Shown: in pieces, positions 37,295-50,358 of the stretch | Numbering within the stretch: the stretch's first letter is position 1 | Layout: each line of letters begins with the position of its first letter | Source: Phyllosticta citribraziliensis | Taxonomy: Eukaryota | Direction of reading: 5' to 3' | Assembly: GCF_038025025.1 (NCBI RefSeq) | Contig: NW_027117347.1 | Span: forward strand, 1,426,001 to 1,490,000 | Length of the DNA: 64,000 nucleotides | Notes under the pieces: model-generated | The model's database searches: none | What the model was told of the DNA's origin: nothing | Seen by the model: only the letters and a program-made list of their open reading frames with translations | Program-made: the position numbers and the translations under genes

Positions 37295-39017
37295 ATGGCG
37301 CGCGGAACCAAGCAGCAGCTCAACGAATATGAGCTGAAACGACAGGAGCAAATTGCAAAGAACCAAGAACTTCTGCGCAGTCTAGCGCTCGACGCCCAAC
37401 AAGCAGGTCTTGCTCCGTCAGCACCCAAGCCGCGCAGCTCTACGCCCGCCAAAAGAAAACCACCTGTGAAAAAGGAAAAGGAGGAGATTCTCCCTCGGTA
37501 TGACACGTTTGCTCCTCGGCGCGGCTCGCATTAACGTTTCCCAGGAGAACGTCTTCCAGACTGCGCGGCATCGTAGCGGACAGCGAGGTTGCAAAGAGAA
37601 AGGCCGAAGAAGAAAACATAGCACTTCAAGATGCTGAGAGGGCAAAACGACAGCGCATCAGCGATGACTTGAATCTCAGCGATGTCGTCGTTGCGGGACA
37701 GCACTGGGATCAAAGCGGGAATTTTTTGAAAGGTGTTGGCCCGGCAAACCCATACGAGAGAACTTTTACGGCGGAGAATGTTAAGGACACGACGGACAAG
37801 GAATTGCGCGCATTGCGTGAGAAGATGAGTGGCCTTCAACTCTGGGAGGGATTCGAGCCGAGTCGTGAGTCCAATCCAACCAAGTCTCAGAAAAAACAGT
37901 ATGCTAATTTGGCTTTAGAAATCAAAATCACCCCTGAGAGGATTTATGCCATGGAATTCCACCCAACCGCTGACAAGGCTTTGATATTCGCCGGAGATAA
38001 GATGGGCAATCTCGGACTGTTCGATGGCACTCAAAACACTCCAGAAGTAAAGGCTGAAAATGCAGAGGACGACGAGGATGACGACGAAGCTGAGCCGGCA
38101 ATTACTACCTTTAAAATCCACACTCGGACCATATCAGCCATGCAATTCAGCCTCACAGAGTCCAGTTCCCTCTTCTCGTCGTCGTACGACTCTACCATTC
38201 GCCGGCTGGACCTCAACAAAGGGGTGGCTGTCGAGGTTTACGGGCCGCAGGACAAGACTGAAGACGCCCCCCTGTCTGGGCTTGATGTCAACACACCAAA
38301 CATGGTGTATTTCTCCACTCTCGACGGAGGTTTCGGGATGCATGATGTCAGGGCACCACCTAAGAACACTGGCGGCACAGAAATCTTCCAGCTCTCAGAC
38401 AAGAAGATAGGCGGCTTCAGCATGCACCCGATTCACACCCACTTCTTTGCCACCGCCTCGCTAGATCGAACCATGAAGCTTTGGGATCTTCGCAAAATCA
38501 CTGGCAAAGGAGACAACCGGTCACCAGCTCTCCTAGGCGAACACGAGAGCAGACTATCCGTTTCACACGCTGCCTTCAATTCGGCGGGTCAAGTGGCCAC
38601 AGCCTCCTACGACGATACGGTCAAAGTATACGACTTCAATGACTGCGCCTCGTGGAAGGCTGGTGCGAAGCTGACAGAGAACCAAATGGAACCCGCGACA
38701 ATCATTCCCCACAACAACCAAACGGGGAGATGGGTCACCATGTAAGTTGAAACATGCTCACTGCATCGGAGCGCGGCCATTACTAACGCAATCCCAGATT
38801 ACGAGCCCAGTGGCAGATGAACCCGCAAGATGGCGTCCAGCGATTCTGCATTGGCAACATGAACCGATTCGTGGATGTCTACACCAGCAAGGGCGAGCAA
38901 CTAGCGCAGCTCGGAGGCGATGGTATTACGGCGGTTCCCGCGGTAGCACGATTCCATCCAACAATGGACTGGATAGCCGCCGGAACCGCCAGCGGCAAGC
39001 TTTGCTTTTGGCAGTAA
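37295..39017 (+). CDS. CMR1: DNA damage-binding WD40 protein Cmr1/WDR76 (4 exons)
   Basis: Motifs [61 protein letters not shown] and [11 protein letters not shown]. Confidence 0.95.
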
Positions 39018-41275
39018 GGCTTGATTTGGGATTGTGGCACTTGTTCGGCGTTGGGTCTGTTGGCCAGCAAAATATGGCCAGTCGGTGACATTGAATGGTT
39101 GATTTGTCTATTTAATTCCATGTACAGTCTAATTTGGCATTTTCTCGTCCTCTCTCCTTGAGGGTCTGAAGGTGAGGCTGTTCCCTTTACTGCTTGAGCT
39201 CATCTTGTAAAGGAGGCAGTACCGACGAAATGGACGAGGCGCTGACAAAAGTCGACAATACGAGACTTGATTTGTGGCAGTCAGAGCCCGCGAGACATTC
39301 ACAAGAGGAAGGCGCTTATACCAGCTTACGGGTACCTATTTTGTTCAACTTGCCTATTTTGCGGCTGTTGACTCTCCGTTTATTGCCGCTTTGGTCATGG
39401 ACTACTAACAAAGTCCAAGTTGCTTACGCTCGACCTTCACCGAACAGACCATTGGTCCACCTCGCACCGTGTCTGGTACCTTACCTAGACGGGCCAAAGG
39501 ACTTCAACGCTTGCTCCATTGTTCCTCACGATCACACGTGCTTCGGCATCATCTTGAAGGACGAGCTAGGTCATCGGAGGTTGGTTAACGCTGACTAGCC
39601 GCTCGGCTACTTCTGTCCATCATCATTTGCGGCTCGATCGGCCTCTAGCCTTAAAAGACTCTAAGCCTTGTTGATTCCCATAGCTGGTTAATTTGGAAGC
39701 CTGAGCCCTGACTCAGACACGCGCGAGATCAACACCGGTGTCGAGGGGTTTGCAGTCCGCTGAAACGAACTCGGTGGTTTCCGCCCTGTGCTCGACATTT
39801 CTGGAAGAAGCCGCCCCGACACGAAGAAGCCTGCTTCCGGTTTGAGGTCGAGGCACAGCATACGCTGTGTTGGAAGGACAGAAAATGCTGCTGTCCGAGG
39901 CCGTCGGATGCTGACTCGTGAAAACGAACGCCTGCCGAGTCGTTGGAACCTGCAACCCTCGACGGTAGCACCCCTATTACTGTCCATATCGGCTAGGCCG
40001 CGGTTGGATTCCAAGTTGTTCGCCGAAATACCGGTAATGGCAGCCCGACGGCAGGAAATCCGGTCGTGTCCCCGGGCGAGCCACCTAGGAACGTCTAGGC
40101 CGGATTTTTTTTGTGGGCGAGAGAGACGGCCGCCATCATGCAGGCAAACAGCACCGCCTCTGATGTTCATCCAGCCCTGCAGCAGTCCGTCATGGAGTGA
40201 TGCTATATTTGACCGGCCCCAGCCACAATGACGGGGAAATCGGCGGCCTTTTGTGGTTACGTCCGTCGGAGCGCGGCAAGGCAAGGCAAGGCGAGTCCGT
40301 CGCCTTCACCTTTTTGACGACCGAATCTCGGCTTCGTGACATCATGGGTTCACAACCTACTGCTGCTGCGGCGGCGGCGGCGGACGCCAGCCCGGGGGAG
40401 ACCGACGCCACATATACGACGCCAACCTCTCAAGCGCGCCCAGCCGCTGCGCCTGTACGACATGACGAAAGCTTAGGCTGCTGGCAGTGTCACAGAGAGA
40501 GCCGCCTCGGCAATGTTCAGTTGGGAGAAGCAAAAGAAAACATGCGAGAATCCACCCAGGAGGCAAAACCGGGGGGAGGAGGCGCACAGCCGGCCGGGGT
40601 ATCTGGGTGGGCGGTCGGCCGATTAAGCTTGTTCGCAAGGTACGCGGGACCCACAGCTTAAAGTGAAGGTGTTTCGAACGACCCTTGCATGCGCCTTATG
40701 CCAACAGCCACAGAGGAAACGCTGCCATATCACCCTCCATCCACCTTTGGTAGTCGGCCGCTTATTTCGTATTGCGTACAAATCGTGTCATGGTTCTCTT
40801 CCAGCCTGAACCAGAATTTCTGCTTGGGTTGTGTCTCGCTCTTTCCCCCCTATCACAGGTGCTCTCTAGCGGTGGGATCGACCAAGGAATACGAGGGTCG
40901 CGTTGTCAAGAGCCGGAGCCGAGCAGAGGTCTTTCTTCCAGCAGCCTTCCAGTGACGTCGATCTCACCGGGCACACAGAGACAAGTTTTGGTACGGCTGC
41001 GCCGGACGGGGGGCTCCCAGAAACGGGCAAGTGGTTTCCTCTGTTGAAGGTGGCAGTGGCGTCAGGCCTGCAGACAGCGTATCACATCGAGGCACGAAAT
41101 ACGAGATGGCCGTCCGTTGTTGGGCACGGTGGTACGGTGGGTGGGTGGGTGTGGTTCGGCTAAGCGACGTGCAGAGTGGCCGTGTTCCGGTACGGCAGAC
41201 GAGACCGCATGGGCGACCGAGCGTGGAGCACCATCGAAGGGCGATGCAACCTCTGAGGGCAAAAGGGAAATGGAG

Positions 41276-41286
41276 ATATATATAAG
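41276..41286 (+). promoter_or_regulatory. TATA box of the PhiA-like gene
   Basis: ATATATATAAG followed by a CAA/CAC-rich leader and an ATG in CAACCATG context. Confidence 0.75.
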
Positions 41287-41408
41287 GCTGGCTGGCATGG
41301 AGCGTTGCAAGGCCATCAACACCAACAACAACTCTCGACCAACAAAACTCCTCCACAACACTCTCCTCCACATCAACCCAAAACACCACCACCACAACCA
41401 AAGCAACC

Positions 41409-42054
41409 ATGAAGACCGCCGCCGTTGCCGCCACTCTCCTCGCCGCCGCCCCCGCGGCCCTGGCCACCAGCTTCTACGGCCTCTCGGCCCGCTCCGCGTC
41501 GCCCATCCACCTGCAGTCCATCAACGCTGCCGAGTCCGCCTTCTGGATCGGCAAGGACACGGCGTCGTACTGCCCGGAGTCGGTCGTCCAGGACTGCCCG
41601 GCCGGCAACGAGACCATCTTCGCCGGCGGCGACAACACGCTCGCTCTCGACGTCGAGGTTCCCGGCGGCCAGCAGGGTAAGCTTTTTCCCCTTCTTCCCC
41701 TCCCAACTCCGAACATCTTGAAAGCGAGAGAGAGGTAGAGAGGACAGTGAACTAACGCGCCTTACAGTCTACATCAAGCCCACTGGCGAGCTGACCTACA
41801 CGACGGCGCACAGCGGGTACATGGGCGAGGGCGCCATCTCGACGGGCTTCCACCTCAACAACGGCACCAGCAGCAGCGGGCTCGGCTCGCTCAGCTGGAC
41901 CAACGGCTTCGTCGCCTGCCCCGCCGGCAACGCGTCGTACCCGTACCAGATCTACGCCGCCGTCAACGGCTTCAACAAGACCAACTGCCTGGGCTTCGAC
42001 TTCCTCACCAGCACCGTCTTGACCGACAAGATTGGCGCTTGGCAGTACGCTTAA
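41409..42054 (+). CDS. Secreted PhiA-like / IgE-binding-type cell wall protein (184 aa, intron 41677-41767)
   Basis: Signal peptide MKTAAVAATLLAAAPAALA. Motifs SARSASPIH, TASYCP, VEVPGGQQVYI, YTTAHS, GFVACP, CLGF and terminal AWQY. Confidence 0.85.
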
Positions 42055-42635
42055 GCGGTCGTCGTGGATTGTCTCCGCTTGAGCTGTTGATTTTTTCTTG
42101 GTGAAAAGGGGTATCCTGTTGGTAGTAAGAGAGAGAGGGAGGGGCTGTGGATGCATGCATGCATTGTTGATGGAGTTGTTCTTTTTTCTGTAATTTTTCG
42201 ACTACCCTGCTACCTACCTACCTACCAGCCGCCGTTCTTCGGTCTTGTAAATATATATCCTCTGCATTATTGTTCCTACATCTTTCCTCCACGCACGTGA
42301 TTCGTCGCTCGGAGCAGTCAGTGTCTTTGCTGCGCGACAATATAGCTTTACCATTTTATCATCTCTTTTTCCTTCCCTCCTCCAGTCCCTGTCCATAGAC
42401 GGACAGTCGTACAAGTAGATCGATCGATCAATCGACGAAGCACTCTACTTTTACTATCCATCAAGCAAGCAAGCAAGCACGAGACCAGGGAAGTAGGGAA
42501 ATAACAGCAGGCAAGCACTGCAGTTTACCAAAGACAGGAGGGCGCGAGTGAGTGATAGTGGAGAATAGAGTAGAGGATGGAAGGATCGGGGAGGAAAAAG
42601 GGGAACGTGGTAAGCGGGAAGGGGTGTATGCTCTC

Positions 42636-42636
<1 letters not shown>

Positions 42637-42665
<29 letters not shown>
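42637..42665. repeat. (CT)n microsatellite
   Basis: Uninterrupted CT run. Confidence 0.9.
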
Positions 42666-42672
<7 letters not shown>

Positions 42673-44149
42673 AGTCCCTTGTCCTATGCCATGCGCGTGC
42701 TTATATACACATCTGTGTATGTGTGAATTCAGACAGTCTGCCACGGCAAGGCAAGTGAATGGGCGGGTAACTGACCAAGCGAATGAGGAGGGGGAAGGGG
42801 AGTGCACATACCACACAAAACAACATCTCATAAAGTGATCGAAACGATACACTGATGGATATAGGACTACACCGGATAATCTTGTATATACACAGATATA
42901 TACAGCAGCAGCAGAGATACCCACACGCCTCATTCGCACAAGCCCGCTACCACGTAAGAGAGCCGGTGCCGTCAGGATAGCTGTACACACTATACACATG
43001 TACACCCCAGTAGGAGACACGTCGACAAGCGTGGCTGCTTACTACGGCACACAGGCAAGGAAGCGTCGCTGATGATTTGTCTACATGTATTTTGTACACT
43101 AAACTGCAAGCTTTCAGCAAGCTTCAGGCAAGCAAGCAAGCAACGACAGGCTTCAACTGATTCGTCTGTCTGTCTGTATGTTTGTCTCTGTCTTCCCGTT
43201 TTCCCATAGCGATCGTCGAAGAGTAGGTAGGAAGGGAGGCCTAAAGGAAGGAAGTAGCTAGATAGGTAGGCGTGAGGGTAGAGAGAGGGAGCGACAAGAC
43301 AATTCCTCGGGCGGTGATGATGGCATGACGATGACGATGACGATCATGACAATAATGGGACGAGGAGAGACAAGCGGACGGACCGACGGACCGACGTATC
43401 GACGGATGGATGGATGGATGGGTATATCGCTTTACACGCGCGCCCTCCGCAGCAACAACTGCAATGACAACAGCAACAATAAAACGCGCTCCAACACCAC
43501 CGCGCACGCCGCAGCAGCAGCGATTCCAAAAAAGCGAAAGACGGTGGAAGGGACAGACGAACAAATCCCGCTTCCAATTATATATCCACGAAGAAAAGAA
43601 AGAAGTAATAGACAGAGACCCATACAGACAAACACAGAGACTCAAAACCCGTTTCCCACATGATAAAAACGCCCACGTGCCGAAGGAGGGTCGATTCGGC
43701 AGATGCTCTAGGAGGAACGGAGGAGAAGAGAGGTTGAGAGCGCCTCGCTGTCTGGCTGTTCTCTTGATGGTGGTTTGTCGAGAGAGAAAGGGAGAGCCGC
43801 GAGGTCGAGGAGCCCGTGATTGATCGATTAATAGAGTCGAGGTGAGGAGTGTCGTCAGAGTAGTAGCGTATGCTTCGGGTTGGAAATAGTAGAGGCCATC
43901 CCAATCGATCGTTAAAGATGACGAAATTGGTTGTGCGTGCGAGAGTGCAGAGTGATTACAGTTACGCTAATGCAAGGTGTGTGAACTCCGTCCATGCAAA
44001 TGTGGTCATTAGAGGCGTGAGTTGCTCCAGGAAAAAAAGGGCAAAGAGCAGACGACCCAGCCATGTGAAAATCGTGAAACGAATTTCCCGAGGTCAATCC
44101 CGACTAAGACTGGTCAAAAAGGGTCATGACGACCTGCCAGCAGCCGTCA

Positions 44150-45614
44150 TTACCGGTGTTCGCGTTCGTGGTCCGAGGCGGATGCGAGCGTCTCGCCTTC
44201 CCACATGGAGTGATAGCCTTCAGATTCGACAGGGCTGCGAGGGCCGCTCGACGGGCTTCGCGCACCAGACGAAAAGGAGGAGGACGAGCCGATGGTCCAC
44301 TCGTCGCTGTCGGACGCGGGGTGGAACTCTTCGTAAAAGTTGGTCATGTCGTGGCCGTTGCCCTCTTGGGGGTCGCCGAGTTCAGTAAAGTCGTAGTCCC
44401 ATCTCGTCATCTTGTCGGGTTGCATCCGAGGCAAGAATTTTTGTTTGGCGATGAAGAAGATTGTGCCCGCAACTGTGCAAGGATATTAGCGCGCGAATAA
44501 AAACTTGATTTGCCGTTTGGGTCAAACTTACGCAGACTGCCGGCAACGAGATCTACCGCGTAGTGGTGCGAGAGGTACATGGTCGACCACCACAGCCACA
44601 TGACGTAGACGCCGAAGACGGGCCACATTTTGGGAAAGACGTAGCTCAAGAAGAGGGCGTGGATGGTGGCCCAGCCCGAGTGCAGGGACGGGAACGCGCC
44701 AAAGACCATGGGCGACGCGGTAAAGGCGGAGGTGTACAGGTCGAGCCCGAGGAGCTTGTCGATGGCGGCCAGGCCTGCTGGGTCGCCGGGCATGCCGTAG
44801 TTTGCAGGGGCAAGACCGTAGATGTTTTCGTACCAGGGAGGCGAGCAAGGGAAGCAGAGCTGAACCAGGACGCCGATTGTGTTCATGTACCCAAAGGATC
44901 TCGCATAGACAGGGAGCGAGCCCGGGGGACCGAAAATGAACATGACTGCAGAGCAGACAAAGGGAGAGCCAAAATGGGTGATTCCGTAGGGGATCCAAGC
45001 CAGAACGTCGAGGGCGACGTGCTTGTGTGCGGACAGAATGTTGCTCAGATTTGCGCCGTACATGATGTTCTCGAGGGCGGGCAGGACGCGGACCCAGATG
45101 GGCGGACGGTACTCGCCGGATATGAATCTGTGGCACGAGCGGGTTAGCATTGTGATGTGCGGCGGCGGAATGCGGGATTGATTGAGACGTACTTGCACGA
45201 GTAGAACAGGACCAACCAAGTAATTGCAGGAAGGAATGGCAGGAAGAATTGTCTCGTTGCAGGTATGACCATGGAGCCCATGAGGAGCGTCGCCACAAAC
45301 GTCTTGAAAATGGGCCCGGGCTCCTCGATGACGGACAGGGCGAAGATGCCGACAATGGCCAAGAAGATGTATTGGGCGTCATAGTAGGACCACTGGTGGT
45401 TGCGCAGAGAGCGCAGCGTGTCGCTGGGCGAGGTCGACGTCTCGAGCGACGAGACGGACGAGGTGGGCGACTGCCTGCTGCGAATCTTGGACTTTGTTGC
45501 GCGCCATTTCCGGCGCACCTTGTGGGGAACGAGGACGGGCAGCGAGGGCCGCCATGCCGGGAGGGTGGCCTTGCGCGGCAGGTAGTCTTGGTACGAGGGC
45601 AGACGCGTGTGCAT
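44150..45614 (-). CDS. AUR1: Inositol phosphorylceramide synthase (3 exons)
   Basis: Motifs RPPIWVRVLPALENI, CSPPWYE, FGAFPSLHSG, TMYLSHHYAVDL and RWDYD. Confidence 0.97.
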
Positions 45615-48600
45615 CGTGTGGTCTTGGTGTGGAGGCGGAGGAGCGTCGGGCTCCTGGAGCGGTGCGCGGCGGTGGACCGGGGAGTGTGGGCGATGCTATT
45701 GAGCAGCGGTCGAGAGCATGAGAGGGCGACGCAGAGATGGGAGAGGAGAGATGATGTGGGAGGGGAGAGTGGCGGGGTCTCTCTGGTCGTCCTCGAAGTG
45801 GGTGGTGGTGAGGTGAGAGTGAGAGAGAGAGAGGGCGCGAGAGAGAGAGACGGGGATGTAAGTGATGTTATGAGAGCAGAATCGACTGACTGGAGGTGGA
45901 CGGAGGAGATGAGCGGGCTGAGTAAAAGTGGTGGCCCCTCGGCTCGGGCCCAGGCACCTGCGCTGCACCTGCACCACCGCAGCACCGGGGCGCTAACCAA
46001 GGCTTTGTCCCGATGCGCCCGGCGGCATCAAATTGTTACCGTACTGAGAGGATAGCACCACGCGACCACGCCGTGGCACAGACAAACAGTTGCCGTGTCG
46101 CCGCTCGCCGTCTTGGAATGCTTCTATCCTTCTCTCGTGGCTCCAGTCGTGTGCCGCGCCGGCCTCTGACGCTTACATGTGCTTCCGTTGCCCATTGACT
46201 TGACTGCTCCCATGCGCCATGAGGTCAGCGCTAGGCCGCCAGTCCCGCTCTCCGCTACGCTCGCTCGCTACCTTGGCTTAGCCTCTGCGCTCGCTTTTCA
46301 CTGACAGCTGTCGCTCGACCTCTGCCTCAACTCGCATGTTCGCTTTCCCCTTTGGACCGGCTGCCTCGTGTGCGCCATGACACGGCAGCTGGACGCACGC
46401 GAAACGGCCTGCTGCAAAGAGGCTGGCAGTGCGACCTGGTGTCGTGGTGCGAGACTGCGAGCGCCGATGTTTCCGGCTGACGTCCGGCTGCCGCACTGTT
46501 CCGGGCCCGAACGACTGCCAGCGAGTGGACCCCGAGCGAAGATTCTTTTTGGCCCTTGTTCCTCTTGTTCCGCTTGCCGCTGCTCCTCTCATCGCTTGCC
46601 AAACAATGCCAATCTTTGTTCGCTGGTGATGACCGTTGACGGATCCGATGGGCAGCCCGTGGCAAGGGACCCTGCCGTGGGCCTTTGGATCCTCTGTTTC
46701 ACGCTGAACGCCCGCTGCATCAAGTACCGGTAGCTGCAGCCCCGAGTGATCGCCCTCCCTCCCCTCAGTCCTGGGCTGCCCCAGATCCAGATCCCATGCC
46801 TGCGATCGACCACCACCGTCAGCCTCAATGTCCATTGACACCGCTGCTTGACTCGTTTCCCCCTGCGGCAACCCGCGGACACACAAGCAACAACGGTTGC
46901 AACTCTTGCAAACCAGTCCCAGACCCGGACCCTTTGCATCCCGGTCCTGCAGGCCACCTGCATGCACCTTATATTCCCTTCCTCTCTCTAGCCTTGCCTG
47001 TTTGGGCTCCACGGCCCCCACCACCACAATGTCTACACAACAATAATGAACCCCTTCGACACGCCTCTCGTTCCATGCCTGACCAATAACTACTATCGAT
47101 CAAGCTCGGAACTTCCTCGCAAATCACCCCTCCCCGCTGCTACCCCTTCCCGCCCCGAGCCCCGCGGACCATCACCGAAAACCCATCGATGGATCGAGCT
47201 GCCAGCCAAGCGAGGGGAAGGAAAAAATCAGTGCATCCGAAAAATGCGATTGCCCATTGAATCCTGCACGTCCCCCGCCTGCCCGCCCGCCAATCCAAAT
47301 GCTTTGACGCCCGCACGCGTTGTTTTCCCGGCCCCGTCCCCCCCGACATCTCAATTTCAACGACAGCCCGTCAACAGCTCTCCTGGCCGCCGTCTCGGTC
47401 GCTCGTCCGGGCAACCACCGCAGAGCACATGTATCGTATGTAGTCAAGTAATCAAATTCCAGCGACTCGTGCCGTCTCCCAGCCGCCGCCGCCTCCGCCG
47501 CTCCCGCCGCGCCGCATCGCGTCGCTTCGGCTCGGCTGCGCATCCGAGAATCGCGGCGGCAGCGGCGTGGTGGTGGTGGGCTGACTGACTGACTGGCCGC
47601 ACGACGGACGGCTGGGGTTTGCTTTGCCTTGGGGGGGGCTGCTGGCCAGCCAAGCAGGCGGGCCAAGCGCCGTCGTTGTCTTGTCTTGTTGATTGGCGCG
47701 CTGATCGGAGCGCCGGGAGGGCGCGGCGGGGCCTGCGCTTAGAGAGAGAGAAAGTAGGGTTGGCGACGGGAGCAAAAGACGCCCTCCGCCCACCCCCGTC
47801 GCCGACCAGGTGCTGCTGGGCGACTGGGCGGGCGATCAGGGTTCGACGACACGGTGGCCGGTTGTCTCTCTTTTCCTCGTATGTACCTGCTTTGCGCTAC
47901 AGTACTCTGCTCTAGTGCTGCCGTGCCAGCCAGCCCACATACGCACCACCTATGTACCCTCCGCCCCTGTCTCAGTTCTGCAGGTACGGTGCATCTGCTA
48001 CCTACAGTACTTCAGCCTCCTACTCCTCTCACCAGCCCACCCACCTACCTACCTACACACCAACCAACCCCTTTCCCCACACTTGTTCCTCTCCCGCGTC
48101 CTTCTTTTTAGTCGTCGAACTAAGGCAGTTATACGAATACGCTCCGGCGGACGAAAGAGACGAAAGAGAATATTCTGGCACCACCAACACACACCAGCCA
48201 GTGCAGCACGTCCCCGCTTCGTTTGTCTCACATGTTTTGATTTGATTTGATTTGCTTTGCTTTCTCTTCCTGGGCACGAGGAAGCCTCTCTGTCGTCTGT
48301 TCGCTCGCTCGCTCGCTTGCTCTGGCTGCTGCCTGCCTGTTGTTTGATTGCACATGGGCTGCCTACCTACGAGTAGCTATTTACCGACCCTTCGCCAGCT
48401 AGTGCTGGCAAGCGAGTAGCAGACGAGAAGCGAAAACGAAAAAAAAAAAACTCGGCGAGGCAGGTAGGTGGCCACAGCAGACGACAAACCAGCGTACTGT
48501 TGTGTGGGCAAGCGGCGTCAGACGCAACATGGCCTTGATGGTTCCCTCCACGCCACAACTCCTTCCCATTTGTCCCGTCATTAGCTGATGACCCTCAAAC

Positions 48601-50358
48601 ACCCCAAGAAAAAAGGTAGCAGTGAAGAAGAGGCGGAAGAGCATGAATTGTACTGACATTTGGCAACGATACGCGAGCAAAAGACAAAAGAGTCATGACA
48701 TGTTGAACGCCCCATCATAGACAGGCAGGTAGACTGGCATGTATGTTTGTAGGTAAGATAGGTAAGTGGCTTGGCTGTATAGGTACTACACCAGACCAGG
48801 GAGGATAAACCGCACTCGTCGTTCTAGTCCCGCTGGCTGGCTGCTCAACTGTCCCTGTCTCTGTCCCACATGCTCTCGCCTCCCTTCTCCCTCCTTTGTC
48901 ACCGCAGCCTAAGAGCTGCGAGGCATGATGCCAGCCCTAGAGCCAGTCAGCCAGCCCAGCTGGCGAACGAAGCTGCAAGTGGCCATCTAGGTATGTAGGC
49001 AGGCAGGCGAGAGAGCGGGTAGAGCCAGCGTCTCTTTTTCTTCTTTTTCTTCCCCTTCTCCTTTTCCTTCTCCCTCCTATTGTCCGTCCGTCCATTCACA
49101 CCTCATACCCTGCAATCCGCCACGGCACCTGCCACCTACCACCTGCCACCGCACAGAGAAAAGGACCGAGAGACGAGTGAGCCAGCGAACAGAGAGGACA
49201 CAGAAGAAGCCAAGCCAAACCCAGTCAGCGCACTACACGGCGCAAACACCATCAATTGATCATCCCACAAGCACACCAACACAGCACACACGAGAGAAGG
49301 AAAGAAGGAGGGAGAGAGAGAGAGAGAGAATGAAGATTCAAAAAGAGGTACAGCTCAGATAACAAATAAACAGAGAAAAGGAGAGAAGGGAGTGTCATAA
49401 CCACGCAAAAGACAACTAAAAGACAAGAAAGCGACAACGCCGACACCGACACCGACGCCGACGCCTGCAACGCAACGCAACGCACGACACGCACATCTCT
49501 CGCCTCGGACCCAGCCACCTCACGCACTTCAAAGACAACGACCGACGAGCTAACGGACAGACAGGCAGGCAGACATGCAGGCGGACATACAAACGTACCA
49601 ACGACAAAAGTAAAGGAGGGGTAAGGAATGACAGGCACGCCACGCCACGCCATGCCATGCAATGCCACGACAGGCCAGCAGGCGGGCACAGTAAGAGAAG
49701 AGAAGGGAAGAAAAGGTGTTGGAGGAGAAGGGTGGAGAGGCGACATCCACGGTCAGCCGCCGGCTCACAACCCCCCACCCACCCAACGAACGAACGAACG
49801 AATCGAAAACGACTTCAATCCGCAACCCACAATCCGCACGAAAGCAAAAGAAGAGAAAAAGAGAATAAGAGAAAAGGGGTGAAAATAGAAGAAAAGAGAC
49901 AGTCCCAAATTCGTCATCCGCACATCATCACCATCTCACATATATACGCTGATACGAAACCCCGCCGGCAAAACAAAAGAAATGAACGACCTTGCCGTTT
50001 CCCCTTTCCATTCCGTTTCGTAAACTTTCCCACCCCCCAAAAGTTTTCCCCGCTTCTCGCTCGCTCAAGGCTTTCTTCTTGTTCATATCGTCGTAGTAGT
50101 TGAATTGACCAGACGGACAACAGACAACAGACAGGAAAGGCGAACGCCCATGGGAAAGAGAAAGAAAGAGGAAAAAAAAGAAAGAAAGAAAAAAAAAAGC
50201 TCCACGTCAAAGACAGTAGTACAACACAACATATACGGTCCGACTGTCCCATCTTACACAATTTCAACCCTCCTGCCACATCAATTCATGAAAAACAAAA
50301 AGGCGGCCGAATCGCCGCTCTTGCTTTCCAATCACACAGACAGGCAACGACAAAAAAC

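Noticed and set aside
43070..43160. TGATGA...CTGA spacing like a C/D box snoRNA
   Set aside because: The C box lacks the leading purine, there is no terminal stem, the interior is simple repeat and I see no rRNA-complementary guide.
44528..46000. 490-aa ORF overlapping AUR1 in another frame, and similar long antisense ORFs over arginase, the NADH dehydrogenase, RPA190 and gapA
   Set aside because: Shadow ORFs caused by GC-rich codons. The translations are low in complexity and show no motifs.
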